From Eledone cirrhosa (lineage: Eukaryota): 64,000 nt of DNA. The notes under the pieces were generated by a model. It searched no databases. It saw only the letters and a list, made by a program, of their open reading frames with translations, and was not told where the DNA came from. The translations under genes were made by a program, and so were the position numbers. Shown here piece by piece: positions 1-13,305 of this stretch; within the stretch, counting starts at the first letter, position 1, and each line of letters begins with the position of its first letter. The stretch covers positions 151,466,001 to 151,530,000 of the forward strand of contig OZ024743.1 of assembly GCA_964016885.1 (NCBI GenBank). The letters are read 5' to 3'.

Positions 1-839
1 GAGGACTGAGAGTGAACCTAGCTAAGACAAAAGTGTTGATGAGTAGAAAAGAGGACAAGACTCTGATTCCGTCAGGGAAATGGCCATGTTCGATATGCAG
101 AAAAGGAACTGGCATAAATTCTATAAAATGCACACAATGCAGATCCTGGGTACACAAGAGATGTAGCGGGATAGCAGGCAAACTAACAGGTAGGGAGAAA
201 TATGTGTGCAGTAGATGTACAGGGAAATTAGACAATAGAAGTTGCATTGATAGACACATTTTTCAAATGCAGGAGGGTGCTATAGAAGTGGTGGATATCT
301 TCCGGTACCTAAGAGATCAGATTAGCATGGGAGGGGGGTGCTCCAAGGCCATAGTATCTAGAATAAGGACGGGTTGGAAGAAGTTTAGGGAGCTGATGTT
401 GCATGGTAGTGAGACATGGGCAGCAACTGCAAGGGATATGCGACGGCTGGAGAGAAATGAGGCAAGCATGTTCCGTTGGATGTGCAGTGTCAATGTGCGT
501 GAACGACCCAGCATGAATGTGTTGAGAGAGAAACTGTGTTTGAGAGGGATAGAATGTAGTGTACGGGAGAGGAGACTGAAGTGGTATGGACATGTGATGC
601 GCATGGAGGATGACCGATGGGTAAAGAAGTGCCAGGAAATGCCAGTTGAAGGAAGACGTGGTAGAGGTAGACCACGAAAAACATGGGTGGAGGTGGTGAG
701 AACAGACCTCAGATCGCTGAAGCTCACGGTGGAGATGGCGAAGGACTGTGACAAGTGGAGAGATGCTGTGCTGAATAAGACCCATCCCACCCTTGCAAGC
801 AGGGAAGAGCGGACGTAAAATGATGATGATGATGATGAT
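1..839 (+). mobile_element. RTE-clade non-LTR retrotransposon, 3' fragment (post-RT region with PHD-like Cys cluster; truncated by window edge)
   Basis: ORF 12-818 has KWPCSICRKG..CTQCRSWVHKRC..CSRC, then typical RTE C-terminal motifs ([31 protein letters not shown]). It ends in GGACGTAAAA(TGA)n. Confidence 0.9.
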
Positions 840-1486
840 ATATATATATACACGCATGCAATCTATTGGTATTATGTTCTTTTTCAAATACACAGGGCTT
901 AAGTATTAGTAAGCTAGGTATTGGTAACCCAGCTAACATCATCACCAATAAATACTGACCACTTAATTCTTAATTTCAATAAATCACACAACTCTGTGTT
1001 TTTAAGGTAAGTTATTACAAAAGTATCTGACTATAAACTTTACCTTTTATAGATCTATTTAGAAGCCATTACAAACAAGAATATGTTCAATAAATATAAC
1101 TGAATTTACAAGTTGAAATGTAGTACAGCAAGGTTAACAGTTTAATTGGCACAAACTTAATTAAACCAATAATGACTGAACTTTTCATATTTAATCGTTA
1201 TAACAGCTCGATTGTAGCAGTTGAACACTATAAAAAATAAAAGAAATAAAAAACCGGTAACAAGGAATAAATACAATTTGTTGTACATACCAATTTGCAG
1301 AGAATTACTATAGGTAGAATTGTTTGATTTCATAAACTTGTGAACTTTGAGATAATTTAAATATCCACTTACCTAAGAAACAAAATAAAAGAAAAAGCAT
1401 TCAATAATAAATAAAATCTTATTTCTTCAATTACCGTCTTCATAATATCAAAATGTTTAAACAATATAAACCATACATTAGTATAT

Positions 1487-1650
<164 letters not shown>

Positions 1651-1989
1651 AAATATACAGAGAGAAAGACAGAGATGTTACCAGTTTTAAACTAGTAAGA
1701 CCATTCATTATTCAGCAGAGTACTCAATACGTGGGTTAGTAGAGTGTAATTATATTAGAGAGTTTGGGGCCCGACAGCTGAGCTCTTGCCATTTTGACAG
1801 CAAATTCCAGCCTGGCCCTGATTCTTTAATACAGAAGACCTCCATATAATATTCTTTTGGACGAATTTGAGAATGATTGACATGGTCAACAATATCAAAT
1901 TTAGGAAACCAAACAGATATATGTACTCTTTCTTGCACAATCTCAACTCTACTGTCTCAAATTTCAACTCTAAAAATAATTTATTTGTC

Positions 1990-2910
1990 TTATCTGATAA
2001 AACTAGAAATATATATAGCAGGGAAGTGTATATGGAACCAGACATTTTTGTGAGAGGAAAAAGACTTGAGGTGGTGGACAGCTTCAAAGTACACTTAGTA
2101 GAGATGGTACTCCCAATGTTGAAATAGATCCGAGGATTGTGTAAGCGAGTCATGCCTTTGGGAAGCTTGAGAAACAAGCCTGGTCAAATCAGAGTATCAT
2201 GAGACACAAAGCTCTCTGTGTATGAGGCCTGTGTTCTTACAGCCCTGCCGTACAGGTGTGAAATGTGGACAAATTACAGGCATCATATCAGGCAGTTAGA
2301 AAGATTTCATCAGCATTGTATCCAATGTATACTGAACATCAAGTGGTTCTCTTACACACTTGATGCTGCTGTACTTGAGAAAGCAGGTAGCACCGGTATT
2401 GAGAGGAAGATTGATATGGAGAACCAGGAAAGACTGGCTGAAGGCTGTACATTATTGAGAAAGTATGGATGTCATGTCTTTGAGAAAAAGTGACTGGAGC
2501 ATACTGTTTAAAAGCATTCACTTTCTAAGTGGGACTCAAGTGTAGTGCCTGCAAGAATCCAGTAGGAAATGAGATGTAATTTATCTGGCCAATTTCTAAC
2601 AAGAGCTGAATTTGTCAACCATCTTAAATCCCATGAGCCAGGGAAAAATTGAGCCACCTATGAGATGGTTTTACAGCCACACACTCCACGTTACATTTGC
2701 AGTGAGTGTGGTTTAATTTGCAAGTGAGCTAGTTGACTGACCAGACATGGTAGAATGCATGAAGACACACCCCAGCTGGTATTGCCAGCAGACAGAGAGT
2801 TTAAGTGTCACATCTGTGAATGTGCCTACAAAACAAAAGTGGATCTGAAAGGTCACCTGCGTGCACATGATCGTGCAATATTCAATGAAGAGATAGTACT
2901 CGTCTGACAT
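1990..2910 (+). mobile_element. decayed RTE-like LINE 3' fragment ending in C2H2 zinc fingers
   Basis: Fragments DIFVRGKRLEVVDSF and YEACVLTALPYRCEMWTNYRHHIRQLERFHQHCIQCILNIKW are RTE-like. Downstream are YICSECGLICK*AS*LTRHGRMH (~2686-2760) and FKCHICECAYKTKVDLKGHLRAH (~2797-2868). Multiple stops and frameshifts. Confidence 0.75.
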
Positions 2911-3353
2911 GAAATAGCAATCAGGACATACACACACACATATATGTACTACAAGGGTAAGAAATTGTCTAGACAAAGGTATCGACATTTGCATGTTTGT
3001 ACAATTATTTAGGTGCAATGACATAAGAAGATCTGAGAGTAAAGTTGTTAGAAGATCGATTCTTACCATCAATATACATATATAATATATACATACATAG
3101 ATGCATTGCCAAAGAACTAACATAGTGACTATCTTTAGAACTTTGGTTAACCTATACTTTTGTCAGACAATATGATTAATAATTTTACATATTAATCAAT
3201 TAAAACATTTATAAAAACATTTATTAATATAGTTAATGACTTGTAAAGTGAAAATGTTATTCTTTTAAGAAGCAGTCTGCTGACAACAATTGAGGGGCGA
3301 CAACCATTTTAAGCAACTTCCACCTCACCTCCCTATCTCTCATATTATATATT

Positions 3354-3391
<38 letters not shown>

Positions 3392-4017
3392 TTCAAAATA
3401 GGGGGTGCACAAGACAAAGTTACGGGAAAAACTACAGAAAGATGGACAGACTCATCTCCTCAGTCAACCTCTGGAAATCACTATAGTTTCGGTAAATCAA
3501 GGTTGATACTATTCATTCCAGTGCACATTGGGACACAAAAAAATGGGTAGAGACAAGTTATGCCTTTAGGCAAATTACACAAATTTAGAGTGTTGAAGGG
3601 CTTAGGCAAGACAAAAAAAAATACATAGAGAGGAGTGAAATAGTAAAACAGAAGAAAATAAGAAGGAATGTAGTCCAACCTATAGACAAAGAAGAAGGGC
3701 ACTGATGCAAAGAAAAGGTAAGAAGAATAGAGGAAAACTGGCTGGGTAGTGTGAACTCTAGTTTTAAAAAAAGTTTATATGACTAAGTCTTTAGAATATA
3801 AATTGAAAATACAACAAATGGAAAATATCATCCTCATTTTACACTTGCACTTGATGCTGGCATAGATTGGACAGTTTGTCATGGTTAGAAACTTGAAGGA
3901 GTAGAGAACCTCATCTTGCTCATACATTCCATTTTGAGTAAGGCTTCTATGGATGATGCCAATATATCAGTCCACATCTGAGAGACCCGATGAATATCTG
4001 ATGGCCCACTTCCCTTT

Positions 4018-4351
4018 TCATTTCATTTTCATTTTACGTCCGCTTTTCCCTGCTTGCAAGGGTGGGATGGGAACTGATTCTGGCTTGATTTCTACAGCTG
4101 GATGCCCTTCCTAACACCAACTTCATTTACAGTGAGTGGTGGGTGCTTTTTTGCCGTGGCACCTCCACGACCACTTTGCAGTGGAATGATAGGGACCCCA
4201 GTCCCTATCATCTCATTTCTACAGCTGAGTAAACTGGAGCAATGTGAAATAAAGTGTTTTGCTCAAGGAAACAACACATCACCCGGTCTGAGAATTGAAC
4301 TCACAACCTTTCGATTGCAAGGCCAATGCTCTAACCACTAAGCCATGTGCC
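4018..4351 (-). mobile_element. tRNA-derived CORE-type SINE with RTE-derived 3' tail
   Basis: Reverse complement reads GGCACATGGCTTAGTGGTTAGAGC (A box)...GAGTTCAATTCTC (B box), then CCTTGAGCAAAACACTT..CAGCTGTAGAAATGAG (CORE-like), then tail CCCACCCTTGCAAGCAGGGAAAAGCGGACGTAAAATG. Near-identical to 49603-49925. Confidence 0.88.
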
Positions 4352-4819
4352 TTGAAAAACAAAATTTTGTATTTGAAAGAAGCTCCTCCATTCTGGTATC
4401 TGAAAGCAGTCAGGTTCTTTTTAAAATGTTTCTTAATGGTCGTGTGGATGTGTGTAAAATTAATTTGTTTATGAGTAAAGACTTTAGCAGATATAATTTG
4501 TATTCTGTTACTGGTCTCATTCATTAGAGTGAGGCTTTATCCTGGCACCCCACTGAAAGGCTTCAATCAATCATACCAACCCCAGTATTTATTTCAGTCT
4601 GGTACTTATTTTGTTGCTGACTGTTGAATTGCTAAGTTACAATACATGAAGAGATAAAACAGAGAAACAGACACATACATGCATATACACACATACACAC
4701 ATATGTGATGGGCTTCTGCATAGTTCCCATCTCCCAAATTCTACTTTACTATTTCAAAACAAATGTGATACAATATTTGATCTTTGAATAAGCTTCTATG
4801 AAAATACATATTGTCGTTT

Positions 4820-5570
4820 TAATGTTCATTTTCCTTACTAGAAAGGGTTGGATGGGTCTACATAGACCAAGTCAGTACTGAAACAAAGCCATTGATCTCC
4901 CGGGCAGGCCAGGAATCTGTGTATGGTCGACCTTCCACCGAGTGCTCAGGAGAGGTTGTCATGTTTTTGACACAACTGAGGGTCCTCTTAACCCTATATC
5001 TGGCAAGCTTTTTATGGCTAGATGCCCTTCCTATCACCAACCACTTAATAGAATGTAGTGGGTGCATTTATCGTGTAGATTACCAACACCAGGGATGTTA
5101 TCATGTCCTTGATATGACTGAGGGGTCCTCCCAGACCTTTGTTTGGCAGGCTTTCTATGGCTGGGTGTTCTTCCCATCACCAACCACTTTATAGTGTGTA
5201 CTGGGTGCATTTATCATGTAGATCACCAAACACTAGGGTTGCTGTCATGTCCTTGACAAACAAAGGATCCTCCCAACCCTTTGTTTGGCAAGCCCTCTGT
5301 AGCTGAATGCTCTTCCCATCACCAACAATTTCATGAAGTGGATGGGGGGGGGGGGGGGGCTGCTAGGAATGTGGGAAGGGGCATGCATGATGGGGTTGAA
5401 GTAGTAATGTTGAGAAAAACTGTTGGGGTGTGGTTGTAGAAGGGAGCATGGGGGTAAGTTAGGTCATATTTCTTGCTGCAGGTTGGGTTCTTCAGCACCA
5501 CATAGCACCAGCTCTCACGGTCTTTAGTCATTTCTGTTGTGGAGTTTAAATTTTTAAGGTCAGACTTATA
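4820..5570 (-). mobile_element. old RTE-tail/SINE-related repeat with ~3 tandem degenerate units
   Basis: Repeated GGC..GATGCCCTTCCyATCACCAACCACTT motif at ~5010, ~5155 and ~5300. A related copy lies on the plus strand at ~45270-45665. Confidence 0.55.
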
Positions 5571-5594
5571 TATATATTATTATGTGGTTCTCAT

Positions 5595-5769
5595 GATAAA
5601 AAGCACCCAGTACTCATTGTAAATGTGGTTGGCAGCTGTAGAAACCAAGCCAAAATCAGTTCTGTATAAGCAAGACATGGTCACCTGACCTGGCATTGTT
5701 CACAACAGGGCAACTCATCTAACCCATGCTCACATGAAAAAATGGACGTTAAATGTTGATGATGATGAT
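5595..5769 (+). mobile_element. RTE/SINE 3' tail fragment
   Basis: AAAAAGCACCCAG..TGTAAATGTGGTTGG..AACCCATGC..GGACGTTAAATGTTGATGATG, homologous to the tails at 42630-43035 and 44760-45036. Confidence 0.7.
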
Positions 5770-5919
5770 ATATTTATATATATATATAAAGAAGGGCTTA
5801 AGCCCGACATCAAATTTTCTTTCCTCTTTCCAATATAAAGCGTGAAACTAATAAGACTTTTTCTACCTTTGTTTGTTGTCTCCTTGAACTATATATATAT
5901 ACATACGCATTCTAATATA

Positions 5920-5962
<43 letters not shown>

Positions 5963-7692
5963 TGTTCATGTACACATACACATGCACGTGTGAATGTGTG
6001 TATATATAAATGTGTTATTTTATCAACAAATCAGTTATTACCTCATGGAACCTTCTTATTCACCTCTCATCTCTATCAGATAAGTGCCTTTTGACAACAC
6101 TTATAGTTTACCTCTTACCTACTTACTATAAGCTATGTATATTGAAATATTAGTCAATGTTTATTTAGAACAGGATATGTCAAATATAATATTAAAACCT
6201 TATCTATTGTCTCTTTTGTAAACTTTATGTACAGTCAACAAAGAGAAATTGTTCTGGTTTTAGAATAAGTTATTTGGATATAACTTTCAATAATAATAAT
6301 AATAATAATTGTTATTGAAGAAGATAAATAAAAAAAAATTTTTTATGTGCCATTTTGTGTGGTGGGAGGTAATGAAACAAGAGGCGATTTAACATATGCT
6401 CTTTTTGCTGAGGATTAACATATAATTATTCACAAGCTTCTCTTTGGTTGTATCAAAATAACCAGAGATTGTTTATCTATTTAAATTCAATCATGTTTGA
6501 ATTGCTGATATAATCACCCCCCCCCCCCCCCTCCCCCACACACACATACACACACAGACACTTTCTTTTATATGATCTCATGTTTTGTATCTTGTTATTG
6601 TTCAGTCCGAGATCAACCTTGATCTTGTGCAGCAAATCTATTTCTGATGTATCTAGAACTACATAAACCAATAACTCATCATTTCCTTGGTGGCTGATCA
6701 TAAACTGAAATATTTTCATGCATTTCAGTCTTGTATCAACTCATCAATGAGGGCATACCTTATAAGCTTTACTAAACATTTCTCATCTCTTACTTCTTTC
6801 AGTCCACTAATATATATCCTCACCATCATCCAACTACCACTGCTTCACCTTGCAAGCTCTGTCTAGTCATTTTGATTTAATTTTACCTAAGTAATTCAAA
6901 TTTTCAAAGTATTAGTTGAAGAAGTGTTTCAAATTTTACATCTCATGCTTCAATAACAACTCACTAGATACAAGTAAAACACTTCTTCATGACTGACATT
7001 TTTTTTAGAAGGTAGTTTATTTGTTGGTGAGATTGGATTATTTCATAACTTCAGAACTAATCTGATAATTAGAAATCTTGGGCTGGGCTGTAAATCTCAG
7101 GCATTGGCACTGTTATACTAAATGGCTACAGTGAATGAATATAAGAGTGAATAACAGTTTAAATTATAGAATTTAAAACAAATTCAAAATTATAAACAAA
7201 ATTTAGTCAAATTGCACCAGTTCTACAAAACATTCAGTTATATAAGTATGAGCAATAAATATTTCAGATTGCAATCTAGATTGCTACATGAATATATGGA
7301 TAAACCTAATAAAGTCTTCTTTTTTTTCACATTGTTTAATAATTTAGAGGAAATTTAACAAAATGAGATAAAGCATATGATATGAGCCATGAGATAAATA
7401 ACAAATTATGAATCAAATTTCATTATATTCAAAGCATATCATGGTTTATCAAAAAACGTTCGCATTTATCCCAAAATGTATACAAATGCCTTGTATACAT
7501 AATACTAATGATTTGTAGTAAATCAGAATAATTAAGAACAAGGTTTTAAATAATCATAAGACATAATTAAGTAAAATCAATTATTATTTCTGTATATCAA
7601 TGGAAAAGTAATGACAGAAATCAGATTTAAATTAACACGTAAGTATAAGATAGAAACAAACAGTAAAACTTATGAAATAATCATTATGAATA

Positions 7693-10600
7693 CTAGTAGA
7701 AGAACCGCCTTTTGGGCGGTTTTCTGCTAGTATTTATAGAGTGCATATACACAAATATATATGCACATAGATATGATACGTAAATTTACAATATGCACAT
7801 AAACTGAACAAAGACTGTGTTACACTTACTTCTGTAATCAGTAAAGTAATCCATGATACATTTAAAAAAAAGGTGATAATGGAAATGGAAAAAGCGATGA
7901 GACTGTTGACGGAAAATGTTCATGAATCTTCACTTGAGAATGTCGATGGGAAGCTTCAAGCAGTGAATTTGAAAATAGATGCTGCTGGTATGAATGAATT
8001 ACATTTACCAATATGAAGAGTTGACCTTCACTATATTGTTGTTTTACTGTATTCACATATAGACTTCTTAAGTTTTTGTAGTGTCCCTTTTCTAGCAGTT
8101 AAAAAGAAACTGAAATGCATTTCAACTAAAAGAGAGTGATAGCTGTTTCACAACACTGTAGAATTTCTTTGTAGACACAGTTGTCAGCAAACAGACCCCT
8201 TTCATTTAATATTTTTTTTGTAACTCGTGATAATGCAACATACATCTGACCATGTGAGAAGAATTGTGTTGGTAGATATACACATATCTTTTCAAATGTC
8301 TGCCCTTGTGCCTTGTTGCATGTAAGAGCAAAGGCTGGTTTGACAGGAAATTGCTTGCGAGTAAAGGTGAAAGGGAACTCAAGCCCTTGAGATACATGTG
8401 GTATCCTTGGGATTAGCAACCTTGTTCCAGCATTGGGACCCAATGCTACTTCAGCTTCAATTAAAGATTATGTAAACTGATGATGATGTAGCGTGTACAA
8501 TTGCAATGCCCGTTTAGAGGATCCAGATTTCTCACAAGCATGATGCAACTGCCTTTTTCAGTTTAAGTATATGTGTTGGGAAGCCTGATGGGGTAAGTTT
8601 GTTGATGAACTCAATTGGATCAGAGTTTCTCTAGATTATTTCATGACCACGGAACTTGCTGACCATGAACTCATTCACCAATCTTGCTGCACCATTTGTT
8701 GGAGTGATAATGGCTCTATAGTGGGTTTGTGTAGTTTCCTGGAAGATTTGTATACACAAAATCATCAGTCCAGACACATTACCATATTCCAGACAAAGTT
8801 CATTTGGCAGAAGAATTTTGAATGCACCTACAGTTGGAACGTTACCATTTCCTACATCAAGAAGGTAGTTTGCAAACTGTCTTTCATCAGAATCCTCTGC
8901 ATTAATTAACCGTTGATTGGTTGTCATCTCCATGGTTTCCACATAGTCCCAGAGATAGAATCTCTTGATGGTTGCCTCAACTATTTGTGGTCTAACATCA
9001 TGATGTACAACTGGAAGAATTTGCTTCCAGTCACCAGATAGTAATACTGTTAGACCACCAAATGGCTTTTTGCAATCTCGAACATCTTTGAAGCTCCTGT
9101 CAAAGTATTTAAAGATATGCTTATGCCCCATACCTATCTCATCAATGATTAGCAGGTCAGCTTGCTGCATAAGTTTAACTGTGTCATCCATCTTTGTGAA
9201 GAAGCAAGTTGATTCAGCAGTCACATTGAGAGGAATCTTGCACTTGGAATGAAGAGTTCTACCTTTGCGAAGCAAAGTGGCTGCTATTCCAGATATGGCA
9301 ATGGCAGGTGCAATTTCTTTTTTTAGATCGGAGGTAATCCAATAGGGTGTTTGTGACAGAGATCTTTCCTGTGCCTGCACTTGCATTCAAGCAGAAAATT
9401 CTGCTTTCATTTTCATTTACAGAGGTGATTACTTTGTGAAAAATCCAGTTGCTCAGGATTCAATGTTGGCAGAAGTTCATTCTTGTTTGCTTGTAGTTGG
9501 TGTGTATTGAAATTAGTTTCTGCCATAAGAACCCTGTTCATTTCTGGTATGACAACACTAGTTAGGTCTGGCTAAGGAAGTTCATAGTTGGCATGAATGT
9601 CCAAGCCATCATGTTGAAGTCTTTGTTGGATCTTCTGTAGAAATTTCTGCATGGTTTGCATGGATACGACTTACTCATGATGTTCATGCAAGACAATTCT
9701 TCCATTTCTCCCAGAACTGCAGAGGGTCATTCGGCATGCAGTACAACAAAATGGTGCAAAAGATCTTTCGCAGATGAGGACCAAGCGTAATGGATGAGGA
9801 CCAAGCGTAATGGATTAGGCCTCTTCCATAGCTTTGTCTTTTTCTCCATCTTCATCCAACAGACCAAGTTTCCTGCATGATTCTTAGAATGTTGGAAATT
9901 CAACTCCTTCAATTGTCCTCAAATCTTTGTATGAAGTTGACCCAGCCTTGTGACGTAGGATCATCCTGAGACAATATAATTCAGATTGATGTCTACTGAG
10001 AGATACTGTTGGAATGCATCCAAGAGATTCATTCATAAATTGTTGATCACCATCCAGATGTCCCTTTTTTATTCTTTGCCACTTTTTGTTTGTCCAAGGG
10101 AACTATATTTAGGAATATCAATATACAATATGTTTGTGCTAGTGGGTCTCTAATATTCAGTTGAAAATATTCCGTCAACTTTGTCATTGGCTGTCCCCTA
10201 GAAACAACAATTTCTTCCATTTGTTCCATTTCGACCATTTGTTCCCCAGGTAAATGGCAAGGCAACTTTTCAACTGGCAGTTTTCGATGATGTAATGGAA
10301 ATTTATAGATTCTCCAGAATGCTTCACTGGCTGAGATGTACCGTGCATTGGTATAGGTCTCAATCTCATTTTGGGCATGGACACAATTTCATCCTCAATA
10401 GTGAAAGTGATCTTGTCTGATCCTTTTGTTATATACTTATATAAGTACTTAACAGCCTTGACACTGTGGACAACCTCACAATTGAAGTGGCACTGATATC
10501 TCAATGAGAGGAAAGGGTTGTATGGAACAATCCAACGATTATCAACAGTAAATTCTTGACCTTTCAGTTGTATTGTATGGGTGTGACCACCATGCTGTCT

Positions 10601-12648
10601 ATCCCTTCTTCTATACTCCGGAAAGGAATTTTTGGCAACAAATATCATTTGTCTGAATGCCTTGAGATAACATTTTGAGCAATGGCGTTGTTGTCCTAGC
10701 CCTTCCAAACATGAGCAAATCATATTAGCTTGTCCACATGGGCCATGAATGTTGCAGGATGTGATGATCTTATGCAGAATTGGATTGGTCTCTTTATCAG
10801 GAATCTCACAGTACACTACCTGATCAATGGCAATATTCAGTTTTAGGCTTGTTATCTTCAGCCATTATCAGCAGAATATGAGCATGAGTGAGGCCTCATT
10901 TCTGCCACTCTATTTTAGCAGAATGAGCCACAACTTTTCCTAGGACATTTTTTTTTCAGTATGTCATCCACGAGGCTGTCATACTTGATCTTGAAGACTC
11001 TTGCACAAATATCAGGACGGTCTCTAGGTTCTTCACCAGGGTGCAAGTTATTTTTTATTTCATCCCAGTTAGGGTTAGTTGTTATCGTGATGAAATAGAT
11101 TGAAGGAGGAAGAACAATTCTCCGGCCTGCATTTACTGAATCTCCTTCAGCCACAGCATCATACAAACCCTCATACTTTTTAGCTCGTATCATGGTTTGA
11201 TTGTTGCGGGCCCATTTGAGGCGACAATGCTCTATTTTTTCCCAGGCATCTACAGCATATTGCTGCATCAGCTGCCTCCTCTTCATGATAATGTTACAGT
11301 CACTTTGCCTAACCTGAAACCGATAACAATAGAAATCAGTGGGTGTGAGTGTGTGGTTGTTGTCAATCCTTTTCAAACCAGCCTGAAACCCATCATTCCC
11401 CCAAGGAAACAGTAGCACATAATGCAGAGGATCATAAGAACGGTGCAACTGATGAATCCTCTGAAGACCACCATCTCTTTTATGAATGATGCCATCCAAA
11501 AGACCTAATGCTGAATCAGGTTGAACAACAGCAATCTCAGATGCCATGGGAAGATTATATGTGCGACAATTAAAATCAGTGGGTTTTACTTTGTCAGCAT
11601 GTAGGACAATATTCACATTTTCAGCACAGAGATTTGGGTTCATGTGGCCAGTGATAAGCTTTACAGTGTGGACAAATGGAGGCAAAGTGACTCCCTGCAT
11701 TATGTTGTGGCATTATGGAAAGGTTCATCTGTAGGATTCTTTGCCAGACCTTCAATTGACCTGTTCCTTCCTCTCTGAACGTTTGGTGTATTTGTTGCAA
11801 GTTGTTGGTGTGTTAACTGAATTACATTTGTAGAAATTTGTTGGGATGTTGTAGAGCGATTATTGTCATTGTAGAGCGATCTTTGTCGTTGTGCGTCTGC
11901 TGCCATGCATTGGGATTTAGATGAGAAATGTTTTATGCGTCCCATGTTCTCTTTCTGTCATGTATGTATAAATATATGTTATCTCTACGGTGAAATCTTA
12001 GAAATATATGTTAAAACAAAAAAGAAAATATAAATATATATATATATATATAGCTGACACGGAGAAAAGAAATCTTTGAAATAAATGTATGTTTGAAATA
12101 AATGAGGGACGAAATATTATAAACGTTATGAAAGAACGATGTATTATCGTCTGCTATTCCATACACCAGATATATATAGAGATCGTAGTATGAGGTAGTC
12201 ATAACAACAGTGGTAGCAGCAAAACGCGCATGAAAACAATATATATATATATATCTGTCACAGTCACTCCTCTCTTTATATACTCACACATTCAATCTCT
12301 CTTTCTCGCTCGAGCAATTTTATAAAATCAAAGAACAACAACACACGCACACACATCAGCATGTTGAAAAAGATCCAAATCGCTTCATCTTTCTCTCTCT
12401 CTCTATATATATATATATATTATAGATATACCGGAAGTATTGAAATTTGAATCTTTTAAAAGAAGTGAATCTTGAACTATGCAATAATACTTTTAATAAA
12501 TGTTTAATCATGTATTACGAAATTTAGTAGATAAATTATGTAATATTCATTCATTATTTATTCAAAGTAATCCAACTTATTTTACAAATGGGATAAAAAA
12601 TTATATTCTGAACGCAGTCCCACACTCCTTACTTTATTATAGTTTAGA
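7693..12648 (-). mobile_element. full-length decayed Helitron (Rep/Pif1 helicase)
   Basis: Minus-strand 5' end A|TCTAAACTATAATAAAG at 12648. The 3' end has a GC hairpin (AACCGCC-CAAAA-GGCGGTT) followed by CTAG|T at 7693, giving the canonical AT target. A fragmented RepHel ORF lies inside. Confidence 0.88.
8126..11945 (-). pseudogene. Helitron RepHel pseudogene (HUH Rep plus Pif1-family SF1B helicase)
   Basis: Rep motifs: SYDPLHYVLLFPWG, FITITTNPNWDEI..DRPDICARVF, HUH motif IEWQK*GLTHAHILL (~10870-10915), HGPCG, DNRWIVPYNP, KYLYKYITKG. Helicase motifs: Walker A ASAGTGK (~9360-9385), [47 protein letters not shown]. Many frameshifts and stops. Confidence 0.93.
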
Positions 12649-12930
12649 TATCCTTTGAAGGAGAACAGTAGCTCTAAGTAATAATCTGCAAGGAGGAAAG
12701 GTGAACTCTGCAAGCTATAGTGAAAGCAACACATCTGGAGGAGCAGTACTCAGAATAGAATTCTTCACAGAGACGTGAACTGTATAAGCTACCTTTCATA
12801 TTTTGTGGGGGGGGGGGGGGGGGGTCCAATAAAATAAGAAATGGTCAAGTAAAGCTGCTGATGAGGTTGACTGTTCCCTCCTAAAATCTTGTGGTCATGA
12901 GCATATGTCAGAAAGTATTATTATTATTGT

Positions 12931-13305
12931 CAATTGGCAGTATCGCAAGAGGGTCGGACGCCGTGCTTTGACGCATAGAGTTACGGTCCTTGCCATTCTG
13001 AGCTCAAATCCCGCTGAGGTTAACTTTGCCTTTCATCCTTACGGGGTCGATAAAATAAAGTACCAGTAATACACTGGGTAATTGCTGGCCTTGTGCCTAA
13101 CGTAGACACAATTATTAGGGCAGTGAATTGGCAGTATCGGTAGAGGGTCGGACATGCTTTCCAGTATAGTTACGTCCCTTTACGTTCTGAGTTCAAATCC
13201 CGACGGGGTTAACTTTGCCTTTCATCCTTACGGGGTCGAAAAAATAAAGTACCAGTAATGTACTGGTTAATTGCTGGCATTGTACTAAAAGTAGAAACAA
13301 TTATT
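12931..13305 (+). mobile_element. two tandem tRNA-derived Meta-type SINEs (family A)
   Basis: Each has TTGGCAGTATCG..AGGGTCGGAC, a B box (GTTCAAATCC; GCTCAAATCC in the first copy), the core GCCTTTCATCCTTACGGGGTCGA.AAAATAAAGTACCAG and a (TTA)n tail. Confidence 0.88.

Noticed and set aside
5787-5815. AAGAAGGGCTTAAGCCCGACATC, a possible hammerhead remnant between TA tracts
   Set aside because: Stem II is present, but the CUGA and GAAAC cores are missing or damaged.
6477-6719. Short minus-strand ORF as a possible host exon (also 32598-32834 and ~37700-37860)
   Set aside because: No recognisable domain, no consistent splice or frame support, and the length is expected by chance.
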